A stretch of DNA of 64,000 nt, taken from contig NC_052146.1 of assembly GCF_902713615.1 (NCBI RefSeq), positions 163,508,527 to 163,572,526 of the forward strand. The letters run 5' to 3'. This DNA comes from Scyliorhinus canicula. Taxonomy: Eukaryota. Every line of letters begins with the position of its first letter. Position 1 is the first letter of the stretch. This document shows positions 9,786-22,325 of this stretch, one piece after another. The notes below the pieces were generated by a model. The model had not been told where the DNA came from. It did no database searches and saw only the letters and a list, made by a program, of their open reading frames with translations. A program made the position numbers and the translations under genes.

Positions 9786-12700
9786 TGTTGGCGGTAGAGC
9801 ATAAGGTATCTTTGTATGCGGATGACTTGATGTTGCTGTTGCATGTATCGGAACCAAGTGGGACGATGGGGCCATATTGGAGTTGCTTTGAGTATTTGGG
9901 TCTTTTTTGGGATATGAACTTAATTGAGAGAAAAGTGAATATTTTGTGTTGTCTCAGCCAGGGGTGGGGGCAGGGGTGCGGTCTACCATTCCATTGGGCG
10001 GGGACTCACTTTAGATATCTGGGGTGGAGGTGGCAAGGGATTTGGGGGGGGTTCCGTAGGTGCAACATTACTAGTTTGGTGGGAAGGGTGAAAGCGGATC
10101 TGACAAGGTGTGGTGGTATCCCTCTGTCGCTGGCAGGTCGGGTACAGGCAATTAAAATGAACGTGTTGCCGCGATTTCTGTTTATTTTTCAGTGCCTGCC
10201 GATCTTCCTGCCAAAGGCATTTTTCAACAGGATTAAAAGATGATTACCTCATTTATATGGGGGGGGGGGGGGACACTAGGATTAGAAAGGTGCTGTAACA
10301 GAGAGGACGGCAGTCAGGGGGTTGAGTCTTCCAAATTTATTATATTATAACTGGATGGCGAACTCGGAGAAGGTGAGGAGCTGGGTTAGAGGGGGGGACA
10401 CCCAGTGGGTCAGAATGGAGGAGAGTCTGAGTAGGGGGTCGGGGCTGAGGGCTTTGGCAACAGGGCCACTCCCGATGGCCCCGGTAAATATTCAAGGAGT
10501 CCGATAGTAGTAGCGATGTTGAAAATCTGGAGGCAGTTGCGCCAGCTCTTTCGGCTGAGGGCAGGGTCAAGGGAAATGCCGATTCGGGGGAATCACAGAT
10601 TTGACCCAGAGAAGTGGGATGAGAGTTTTCGGAGATGGGAGGAAAAGGGAGTTAGGGCTCTCAAGGATTTGTTTCTGGGTGGGCCAGTTTGTGGGACTGA
10701 TGGAGCTGGGAGTGAAATATAGGTTGGGGCAGGGGGAAATGTTTAGGTGTATTCAGGTCTGAGATTTCACTAAGAAGGAGATACAGAGCTTCCCGGTGGC
10801 ACCGGCCTCCACATAGTTGGAGTCCACATAGGGGAAATGGATTCCCGGAAGTATGCGACCATTAATAAGCACAATGGTCTTTTTCAATACACCAGGTTAC
10901 CTTTCGACATATCTTCCTCCTGATCCAGATATAAAAGAGAGGGAGAGACAAAGCAGGGATCTATAGCGTCTAACATCGATAGTTGGGAAGTTGCTAGAGT
11001 CCATTATCAAGCATTTCATCGCACAGCATTTAGAAAGCAGTGGTATAATCAACAAAGGCAGCATGAAAAGGAAATCATGCATGACAAATCTACTATTATT
11101 CTTTGAAGAATGAGTAGAGTTGACCAGGGAAAACCGGTGGATGTGGTTTATTTAGACTTTCAGAAGACTTCTGACAAGGTTTCACACAGCGAATTACTAT
11201 GTAAAGTTAGAGCGCATGGGATTACGGGTAGTGTCTTGAGATGGATAGAAAGCTGGTCAGCAGAAAGGAATCAAAAAGTTGGAATAAATGGGTCTTTTTC
11301 CGATTGGCAGGCAGTGATGAGTAGGATACTGCAGGGATCTATGCTGGGACCCCAAATGTTCACATTATATATTAATGGTTTGGATGAAGGAACTGAATGT
11401 ATTATCTCCAAATTTGCAAATGATACAAAGTTGGGTGGGAGGGTGAGCTGTGAGGAGGATAGAGAGATGCAGGTTATAGGGATATAGAGGGCAGCATGGT
11501 TCACGATTTCAAGGTGAGAGGGGGAAAGTTTAAGGGAGATGTGCGTGGAAAGTTTTTTACGCAGAGGGTGGTGGGTGCCTGGAACGCTTTACCAGCGGAG
11601 GTGGTAGATGCGGGCACGATAGCATCATTTAAGAGGCATCTAGACGGGTATATGAATGGGCGGGAACAGAGGGAAGTAGACCTTGGAAAATAGGAGACAG
11701 GTTTAGATAAAGGATCTGGATCGGCGCAGGCTGAGAGGGCCGAAGGGCCTGTTCCTGTGCTGTAATTTTCTTTGTTCTTTGTACCAGTCACTCACTTGTG
11801 ATATCACAGTCATGTTCGCCCAATACTGTACTGTGACTGCAACTTATGCCCCAGCTCTCCTGCCCTGGCCTGCACCTACTCCCACTGTCCCAATCGCATG
11901 CTTCCTCTTGCCCCACATCACTTTCTGAATCCTGACATCACCTCAGGAGTTCCGTCTCTGGGTTGAGTGAAGGTTCGCTGCGCTGCTCTATTTGAAGTTT
12001 TCCCGCCATTCCGATCAGCTGCTCCCCACCAGGTTCACTCTCTCTCCGGCCTCTGGTGCTCTGTGCCAGGGGTATACATTATGGTATAGGTGTGGTCCTG
12101 GCCCATATGCACGCAGACAGCTCAGAGATGCCCATCGCCTTCCACTCTCAAACTCTCACCGAATCAGAATAGAAATATGCCCAGATTGAAAAAGAAGGCC
12201 TCACTGTAATTTACGGTGTCAAGAAATTCCACCAATACACGCATGGCCGTTGTTTCACCATTATAGCAGACCACCAGCCATTGTTGTGGTTCCCTTCATT
12301 AGGACAAACCAATTCTTCCGATTGCTTCCACCAGGATACAATGGGGGGCTTTGTTGTTGGCAGTCTATAACTACATTTCCCAGTATGGGTCAGGGACAAA
12401 GATCTCAAACGCCAATGCTCTCAGTCGGCCCCTGCTTCCCCAGAATCTGAAACCACCACCTGTCCCACAGGAGATTGTCCTGCTGCCAAATAATCGGGGC
12501 ATGCTGCTGGTCTTGTCGACCTCCATCAAGAACTGGACTCCACATAATCTAGTCCTTTTGAAGATAAAGCCAATGGTCCTGATCCAGATGGCACCATGAC
12601 CAGTCAGATCAGCTAAGGCCCTAACCTCATCAGAAAAGACTGTTGGCGGTAGAGCATAAGGTATCTTTGTATGCGGATGACTTGATGTTGCTGTTGCATG

Positions 12701-14901
12701 TATCGGAACCAAGTGGGACGATGGGGCCATATTGGAGTTGCTTTGAGTATTTGGGTCTTTTTTGGGATATGAACTTAATTGAGAGAAAAGTGAATATTTT
12801 GTGTTGTCTCAGCCAGGGGTGGGGGCAGGGGTGCGGTCTACCATTCCATTGGGCGGGGACTCACTTTAGATATCTGGGGTGGAGGTGGCAAGGGATTTGG
12901 GGGGGGTTCCGTAGGTGCAACATTACTAGTTTGGTGGGAAGGGTGAAAGCGGATCTGACAAGGTGTGGTGGTATCCCTCTGTCGCTGGCAGGTCGGGTAC
13001 AGGCAATTAAAATGAACGTGTTGCCGCGATTTCTGTTTATTTTTCAGTGCCTGCCGATCTTCCTGCCAAAGGCATTTTTCAACAGGATTAAAAGATGATT
13101 ACCTCATTTATATGGGGGGGGGGGGGGGACACTAGGATTAGAAAGGTGCTGTAACAGAGAGGACGGCAGTCAGGGGGTTGAGTCTTCCAAATTTATTATA
13201 TTATAACTGGATGGCGAACTCGGAGAAGGTGAGGAGCTGGGTTAGAGGGGGGGACACCCAGTGGGTCAGAATGGAGGAGAGTCTGAGTAGGGGGTCGGGG
13301 CTGAGGGCTTTGGCAACAGGGCCACTCCCGATGGCCCCGGTAAATATTCAAGGAGTCCGATAGTAGTAGCGATGTTGAAAATCTGGAGGCAGTTGCGCCA
13401 GCTCTTTCGGCTGAGGGCAGGGTCAAGGGAAATGCCGATTCGGGGGAATCACAGATTTGACCCAGAGAAGTGGGATGAGAGTTTTCGGAGATGGGAGGAA
13501 AAGGGAGTTAGGGCTCTCAAGGATTTGTTTCTGGGTGGGCCAGTTTGTGGGACTGATGGAGCTGGGAGTGAAATATAGGTTGGGGCAGGGGGAAATGTTT
13601 AGGTGTATTCAGGTCTGAGATTTCACTAAGAAGGAGATACAGAGCTTCCCGGTGGCACCGGCCTCCACATAGTTGGAGTCCACATAGGGGAAATGGATTC
13701 CCGGAAGTATGCGACCATTAATAAGCACAATGGTCTTTTTCAATACACCAGGTTACCTTTCGACATATCTTCCTCCTGATCCAGATATAAAAAGAGAGGG
13801 AGAGACAAAGCAGGGATCTATAGCGTCTAACATCGATAGTTGGGAAGTTGCTAGAGTCCATTATCAAGCATTTCATCGCACAGCATTTAGAAAGCAGTGG
13901 TATAATCAACAAAGGCAGCATGAAAAGGAAATCATGCATGACAAATCTACTATTATTCTTTGAAGAATGAGTAGAGTTGACCAGGGAAAACCGGTGGATG
14001 TGGTTTATTTAGACTTTCAGAAGACTTCTGACAAGGTTTCACACAGCGAATTACTATGTAAAGTTAGAGCGCATGGGATTACGGGTAGTGTCTTGAGATG
14101 GATAGAAAGCTGGTCAGCAGAAAGGAATCAAAAAGTTGGAATAAATGGGTCTTTTTCCGATTGGCAGGCAGTGATGAGTAGGATACTGCAGGGATCTATG
14201 CTGGGACCCCAAATGTTCACATTATATATTAATGGTTTGGATGAAGGAACTGAATGTATTATCTCCAAATTTGCAAATGATACAAAGTTGGGTGGGAGGG
14301 TGAGCTGTGAGGAGGATAGAGAGATGCAGGTTATAGGGATATAGAGGGCAGCATGGTAGCATAGTGCTTAGCACAGTTTCTTCACAGCTCTAGGGTTCCA
14401 GGTTCGATTCCTGACTTGGGTCACTGCGTGTGCAGCGTCTGAACGTTCTCCCCGTGTCTGCGTGGGTTTCCTCCGGGTGCTCTGTTTTCCTCCCACAGTC
14501 CAAAGATGTGCAGGTTAGCTGGATTTGCCATGCTAATATTGCCCCAAAAGGTTATGTGGGGTTATGGGGATAGGGGCGGGAGGATTTTGCCGAGGAAGGG
14601 TGCTATATCGGAGCAAGGGCCGGTGCAGACTCAATGGGCTGAATGATCTCTTTCTGCACTGTAGGGATTCTATGGATTCCATGATTCAAAAAACTTCACC
14701 CTGTTGAGGTCAAGGTGAGAGCCATAAAAGAGGTTCCTGCACCCAAGAATGTCGCAGCCTTTGCCCAGTACTATGCCAATGTCCCACGAACCAATACCCA
14801 CTTCTCCCATGCCAATCTTTGAGCCACATATTCAACTCTCTAATTTTAAATACATTTTGTCAATTTACAGATGGCTCAGGTAATAATCCAGAGATTATTA
14901 T

Positions 14902-15695
14902 AAGAACATAAGAACTAGGAGCAGGAGTAGGCCATCTGGCCCCTCGAGCCTGCTCCGCCATTCAATGAGATCATGGCTGATCTTTTGTGGACTCAGCTCC
15001 ACTTTCCGGCCCGAACACCATAACCCTTAATCCCTTTATTCTTCAAAAAACTATCTATCTTTACCTTAAAAACATGTAATGAAGGAGCCTCAACTGCTTC
15101 ACTGGGCAAGGAATTCCATAGATTCACAACCCTTTGGGTGAAGAAGTTCCTCCTAAACTCAGTTCTAAATCTACTTCCCCTTATTTTGAGGCTATGCCCC
15201 CTAGTTCTGCTGTCACCCGCCAGTGGAAACAACCTGCCCGCATCTATCCTATCTATTCCCTTCATAATTTTAAATGTTTCTATAAGATCCCCCCTCATCC
15301 TTCTAAATTCCAACGAGTACAGTCCCAGTCTACTCAACCTCTCCTCATAATCCAACCCCTTCAGCTCTGGGATTAACCTAGTGAATCTCCTCTGCACACC
15401 CTCCAGCGCCAGTACGTCCTTTCTCAAGTAAGGAGACCAAAACTGAACACAATACTCCAGGTGTGGCCGCACTAACACCTTATACAATTGCAACATAACC
15501 TCCCTAGTCTTAAACTCCATCCCTCTAGCAATGAAGGACAAAATTCCATTTGCCTTCTTAATCACCTGTTGCACTTGTAAACCAACCTTCTGTGACTCAT
15601 GCACTAGCACACCCAAGTCTCTCTGAACAGCGGCATGCTTTAATATTTTATCGTTTAAATAATAATCCCGTTTGCTGTTATTCCTACCAAAATGG
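14902..15695 (-). mobile_element. Young 5'-truncated CR1 LINE, present only in duplication copy 3
   Basis: Uninterrupted ORF 14993-15616 (LVRPHLEYCVQFWSPY...), (TTCTTATG)n-type tail, ~5-bp TSD ATTAT; empty site at ~7222-7236. Confidence 0.95.
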
Positions 15696-18253
15696 ATTAT
15701 TGGAGGTTCTGTTCTTTAATTTAGTGCCTAACTCCTCAAACTGCTGACATTCCTTCCTCATTCAACCTATCTCATTGATGCCTACATGGACCATGGCCAC
15801 TGGATCCTCCACTCTCCCACCACACGTTCCTTTGCAGCCCAGAGCAGATGTTCCGAACGCTGGCACGAGGCAGGCAACATAGCCTTCGAGACTCGCGATC
15901 CTGGTTACAGAGAACAGTGCTGTTCCCCTGACGATACTATCCCCAACTACGACTACATTTGTCTTTTCTTCCCCCACCCCCCACCTGCAAGGCTCCCTGA
16001 ACCACGGTCAGTTTGCTCATCTTCCCTACAGTCCCCTCTCTCATCCACACAAGGGACAAGAATCACATAGCTGTTGGACAGGGACAAGAGCTGAGGCTCC
16101 TGCAGTGCTACCCCTTGGATCCCTCTACTTGCCTCACTTTCAGTCACACCCTCCTGTCCCTGAACATTATCAAACTTATGGCAGCTTTTCTTTGTAAATT
16201 TAGAGTACCCAAGTTTTTTTTTCTAATTAAGTGCCAATTTAGCGTGGCCAATCCACCTACCCTTCACAGCTTTTTTGGTTCTGTTGGGGTGAGACCCATG
16301 CAGACATGGGGGGGAATGTGCAAACTCCACATTGACAGTGAGCTGGGGCTGGGATTGAACCCTGGTCCTCAGTGCCGTGAGGCACCAGTGCTAACCACTG
16401 AACCACCGTGCCGCCCCTAAGTGATTACCTAGGGGATGTGACTGCATCTTGAAACGCTGCATCCAGGTAACTCTCCCCCTCCCTGATGTGTCTCAATATC
16501 TGAAGCTCAGACTCCAGCTCACTAACACCGAACTGAAGTTCCTCAAGCAACAAACATTTGATCCAGATGTGGTCGCTATGAACCGCAATGGGGTTCACCA
16601 GCTACCACATTTTGCAGATACAGCACATCACCTGCTCTGCATCCCTATTTTATTTAATAAAAATTTATTTAAATCAGAATTTGAAATTTGTTGTTATTTA
16701 TACCACTAATCTTTACTTCCTGCAATTTCTGTTTCCCTCCCATAACCTTCACTTCCAAAGTCAGAAAGGTAGGAGAGAAAGACTCACCTACCGTTGTAGG
16801 TGACAACCTAGGTGTACAACCTACAGCTGTATAGGACTTTGGTTAGGCCACATTTGGAATACTGCGTGCAGTTCTGGTCGCCACATTACCAGAAGGATGT
16901 GGATGCTTTGGAGAGGGTGCAGAGGAGGTTCACCAGGATGTTGCCTGGTATGGAGGGTGCTAGCTATGAAAGGTTGAGTAGATTAGGATTGTTTTCATTG
17001 GAAAGACGGAGATTGAGGGGAGACCTGATTGAGGTCTACAAAATTATGAGAGGTATGGACAGGGTGGATAGCAACAAGCTTTTTCCAAGAGTGGGGGTGT
17101 CAGTTACAAGGGGTCACGATTTCAAACTGACAGGGGGAAAGTTTAAGGGAGATGTGCGTGGAAAGTTTTTTACGCAGAGGGTGGTGGGTGCCTGGAACGC
17201 TTTACCAGCAGAGGTGGTAGATGCGGGCACGATAGCATCATTTAAGAGGCATCTAGACGGGTATATGAATGGGCGGGAACAGAGGGAAGTAGACCTTGGA
17301 AAATAGGAGACAGGTTTAGATAAAGGATCTGGATCGGCGCAGGCTGAGAGGGCCGAAGGGCCTGTTCCTGTGCTGTAATTTTCTTTGTTCTTTGTACCAG
17401 TCACTCACTTGTGATATCACAGTCATGTTCGCCCAATACTGTACTGTGACTGCAACTTATGCCCCAGCTCTCCTGCCCTGGCCTGCACCTACTCCCACTG
17501 TCCCAATCGCATGCTTCCTCTTGCCCCACATCACTTTCTGAATCCTGACATCACCTCAGGAGTTCCGTCTCTGGGTTGAGTGAAGGTTCGCTGCGCTGCT
17601 CTATTTGAAGTTTTCCCGCCATTCCGATCAGCTGCTCCCCACCAGGTTCACTCTCTCTCCGGCCTCTGGTGCTCTGTGCCAGGGGTATACATTATGGTAT
17701 AGGTGTGGTCCTGGCCCATATGCACGCAGACAGCTCAGAGATGCCCATCGCCTTCCACTCTCAAACTCTCACCGAATCAGAATAGAAATATGCCCAGATT
17801 GAAAAAGAAGGCCTCACTGTAATTTACGGTGTCAAGAAATTCCACCAATACACGCATTGGCCGTTGTTTCACCATTATAGCAGACCACCAGCCATTGTTG
17901 TGGTTCCCTTCATTAGGACAAACCAATTCTTCCGATTGCTTCCACCAGGATACAATGGTGGGCTTTGTTGTTGGCAGCCTATAACTACATTTCCCAGCAT
18001 GGGTCAGGGACAAAGATCTCAAACGCCAATGCTCTCAGTCGGCCCCTGCTTCCCCAGAATCTGAAACCACCACCTGTCCCACAGGAGATTGTCCTGCTGC
18101 CAAATAATCGGGGCATGCTGCTGGTCTTGTCGACCTCCATCAAGAACTGGACTCCACATAATCTAGTCCTTTTGAAGATAAAGCCAATGGTCCTGACCCA
18201 GATGGCACCATGACCAGTCAGATCAGCTGAGGCCCTAACCTCATCAGAAAAGA

Positions 18254-19315
18254 TGAACTGGGTTGTGCGGGTCCCGGGTGGGGACACTAACCCCAGCAAG
18301 ACAGCCACTGCTGCAGGAGTTGCACAGTGCACACCCTGACCAAACAAAGATGAAAATGTTGGCCAGGAGCTACATGTGGTGGCGCGGCATCGATAAGGAC
18401 GTTGAGCACCGAGTGCACCAGCGTGACTTCTGTCAGACACAGCAAACACTGCCGCCCACGGCCCACCTGTATCTATGAGAACGGTCTGGTCGTCCCTGGA
18501 CGAGGTTACATGTTGATTTTGCAAGCCCTGTGCTGGGAAGAATGTTCCGATACTTGTGGGCGTCCACTCCATGTGGTTGGATGCTCAGGAGATGGGGAAA
18601 ACAACCTCAGCAGCCACCACTGACACGCTGCATCACAGCTTTCCTATCCACGGCCTCCCCGTGGTATTACAGTCCGACAACGGCACTGCCTTTACCCGGG
18701 AAGAATTTCAGCATTTCATCAAAACAAATGGCATCCACCATATTTGAAGAGCCCCTTTCCACCCGACCTCGAACAGATTAGCAGAGAGAGCAGTTAAGAT
18801 GCTCATGTCTGCAATGCGGAAATAGGCCAATACGCCTCAGGTTGGCTACCTTCTTTCTCTCATATAATACTACCCACCCACACCACCACTGGAGTCACGC
18901 CAACAGAGCTCCTAATGGGTCATCGCCTCCGGAGAATACGCGATGTTTTGCGGGGCCCGGCGCCGGAGTCATCAGCGGCGTTTTTGGCCGCCGGTCCCGG
19001 GCATTGCGATGGACATCGGAGAATTTCGCCCCTGGTCTGTAGAAGAAACGTTGCATCTGGCCCACTGTGGTTACCTGGCAGAATTGTGGTGATGTCTGCT
19101 CCGGTCTCAAACATGGTGGGCATGGAAGGCAGACGGGTGAAGAAGCAGAGGCCAGGTAAAGAGGCGAGAGGTCGCAACCCCAATGGCTGAACATGTGGAA
19201 CCAGCAAGCATCAGCCATGCATTCTTGTCGAAGGTAGAACCAAGAGAAACGGGAAGTACTGTAGAGGTCCCATCGACGACACCTGAGGGAGCTAGAGAGG
19301 AGGAGGCACCCTCAA
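18254..19315 (+). mobile_element. Gypsy element 1: integrase remnant
   Basis: ELHSAHP...KMLARSYMWW...C (HHCC region), SDNGTAFTREEF, LAERAVK, GPLWLPGRIV. Confidence 0.9.
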
Positions 19316-19324
19316 GTATTGGTC

Positions 19325-21518
19325 GAGTCGAAGGCTTTTGATCGGGTGGAGTGGAATTACCTGTGGGAGGTGCTGGGAAGGTTTGGGTTTGGTGAAAGCT
19401 TCAGTGACTGGGTGCGGTTGCTCTATCAAGCACCAGTACCGAGTGTGCGGACAAACCGGCTGAGGTTGGGGTATTTTAAACTACACCGAGGGACAAGGCA
19501 AGGGTGCCCCCTCTCCCCGCTACTGTTTGCTCTGGCCGTAGAACCATTGGCCATGGTGTTAAGAGCCTGTAGGTATATGAAAGGGCTGGTTCGGGAGAGT
19601 GGGGGGGGGGTGGGGGGGGGGGAGGGGGGGGGGGGGGGGGGCTGGTTCGGGAGAGTGGGGGGGGCGGGGTAGGGCACCAGGTTTTTGTGTACGCAGATGA
19701 CTTGATCTTGTACATCTCAGACCCATTGGAGGGGATGGGGGAAGTTATGTGGATCCTCGGGGAATTTTGTAATTTTTCAAGGTATAAATTGGACACAGGG
19801 AAATGTGAGATGTTCGTGATCCAGGCGAAGGGGCAGGAGAGAAGGCTAGGAGAACTGCCATTTAGAGTGGTTAGAAGGAGCTTTCGATATTTGGGAATCC
19901 TGGTGGCTTGGTAATGGGAGGCACTGCACAAGTTAAACCTATCCCGGCTCATGGAAGAAATGAAGGAGGGCTTTAGAAGATGGGACATGCTCCCGCTCTC
20001 ACTGGTGGAGAGGGTACAGATCGTGAAAATGACAGTCCTCCACAGATTTCTCTTTGTCTTTCAGTGCCTCCCCATCTTCATCCCAAAGGCCTTTTTTAAG
20101 TGGGTGAATTAGGTTATTTCGGGCTTTGTGTGGGCGGGTAAAATCCCACGAGTGAAGAAAGTGTTGCTGGAGCGCAGTCAGGGGGGAGAGTGGGTTGGCA
20201 CTGCCGAACGTCTGTAATTACTACTGGGCGGCTAATATAGCCATGATTAGGAAGTGGGTAATAAGGGAGGGGGCGAATGAAGGCGGCATCATGTAAAGGT
20301 TTGGGAGCACTGACAGCGGCACCTCTCCCGTTCTCGCCGGCCCAATACTCCACAAGTCCAGTGGTGGTGGCGGCTCTGAGAATCTGGGGGCAGTGGAGGA
20401 GATATAAGGTGGAGGGAGCATCGGTTTGGATCCCAATTTATAATAACCATCGGTTTGTACAGGTAGGCTGGATGGTGGGTTTCGGAAATGGCAGATGGCA
20501 GGAATTAGGAGGATGGGGATCTATTTATAGACGGGAGCTTCCCCAGCTTGAAAGCCTTGGAGGATAAATTTGAATTGCCAGCAGGGAATGGGTTTAGATA
20601 TCTGCAGGTACGAGACTTTTTGAGAAGGGAGGTTCTGGCCTTTCTGCTGCTGCCGCCACAGGGGATACAGGATAGAATAGTCTCCAGTACCTGGGTGGGA
20701 GACGGGAACGTATCAGACATCTACCAAGAACTTATGGAATCAGAGGAAACTCCGGTGGAAAGTAAAGTGGGAAGACGAGCTGGGGGTAGGGATAGAGGCA
20801 GGTCTGCGGGTGGTAGCCCTAAGCATTAACACATCCTCATCATGTGCCAAGCTTAGCCTGATACAATTTAAGGTAGTCCATCGGGCACACGTGACTCGGC
20901 CCGGATGAGCAAGTTTTTCGATGTAGAGAAGAGGTGTGCAAGGTGCACGGGAAGTCCAGCAAATCATGTCCACATGTTTTGGGCATGCCCGGAGCTTGGA
21001 GGGTTTTAGCAGGGTTTTGCTGAGGCGATGTCCATGGTACTCAAAACACGGGTGGTGCCGAGCCTGGAGGTGGCGATCTTTGGAGTGTCAGAAGAGCCGC
21101 GAGTTCAGGGGGGAAAGAGGCCGACGTCTTGGCCTTTGCCTCCCTGGTAGCCCAGAGACCAATCTTATTAATGTGGACGGACTCAAAACCCCTGAGTGTA
21201 GAGACCTGGGTTTGTGACATGGCTGGGTTTCTCAGTATCGAGAAAGTAAAGTTTGCCTTAAGAGGGTCAATTCTAGGGTTCTCTCGGAGGTGGCAGTCAT
21301 TCGGCGACTTTCTCGGGGAAAATTAAAATGTCAGCAGAATTCAAAAGGGGGGGGGGGGGGTGGGGGTGGTGGGAGGGCCAGACTGTTGTCTTATTTTGTT
21401 GAGGGGTGTGAAGTTTGTGATGGGGGTGGAAATGTTTATTGTGTCATGTTTACGTTGCTGTTATTGTTATTATTATAAAAAATTGCAAATACCCTAATAA
21501 AAATATATATTTTTAAAT
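19325..21518 (+). mobile_element. L1-clade LINE, 5'-truncated, degenerate ORF2 + 3'UTR
   Basis: KAFDRVEW, GTRQGCPLSPLLF, YADD, AATAAA/A-rich end; TSD GTATTGGTC at 19316-19324 and 21519-21527. Confidence 0.93.
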
Positions 21519-21758
21519 GTATTGGTCAAGACCTTGCAGCCACCTCATGCTGTTGACAAAGACACTACCTCACTGGTGGAGGAGCTAGTTGGGGGACTGA
21601 GGTGACCCACCAGGCCTAAGAAGTCCCCTGACAAAGTAACCCTGTGAAGGACTGCTATGGACACCCCCCTCTTTTTCTGTCTCAATCTCTCTTGTACATA
21701 GTTAACTGTAAATAACCCATGTTGCATATTTGTTACTGGGGGACTTAAAAGGGAGGAA

Positions 21759-22040
21759 TGCGGTAGCCTGGCCCCTTTAAGGGACAATCCCCCATGGTCA
21801 GTGTGACCAGCTTGGGGCCTATTATACGTGAGTGCATGAATCTCAACCAATAGGGAAAAAGCGGGAGCCCTGGAAGCGGGGGCCCTGGAGCAGGGACCAG
21901 GGCAATGTGGACAAGGAGTCATAGAGTGAAGACCTATTTCAGAGACCTCAGTGCCTGTGTATAATTAACCTTTCACTTGTTCTCAATAAACACTTATTGT
22001 TATATGAGAAGCCTCTGCTGTGTTGCCTCAAACTGCCACA
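21759..22040 (+). mobile_element. 3' LTR of Gypsy element 1
   Basis: Polypurine tract AAAAGGGAGGAA immediately before TGCGGTAG; ends CTGCCACA (imperfect TIR); CCAAT ~21847, AATAAA ~21985. Confidence 0.8.
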
Positions 22041-22325
22041 ACGCCCAAACCCGACATGGACCTCCATGCACTTCATCCATCTCTTTCCAGCAAACAATGT
22101 GGTGCCTCTTTGACCCCCTTGTTTGTGAGCTTTTCATGGAGCTTTGTTAGGGTCCAGCTTCTCACTCCACGGTCTTCCCTCTACCTTCCATTGTGCATCT
22201 TCTTCATCCATCTACATCCTTCCCCTCAGACTGCCACCATGAACCCTCGCCCTTCCACCGCTCACCTGCACAGCCCTCCTTCCGCATTGCCTCCCAAATC
22301 CTCATCGAGCTAGTCCCCCCCACCG

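Larger units (their letters stand above)
4981..18253 (+). repeat. Compound tandem segmental duplication (copy1 4981-9787, copy2 9788-12642, copy3 12643-18253)
   Basis: TTGGCGGTAGAGCATAAGG starts at 4981, 9788, 12643; ORF track repeats at matching offsets. Confidence 0.95.
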
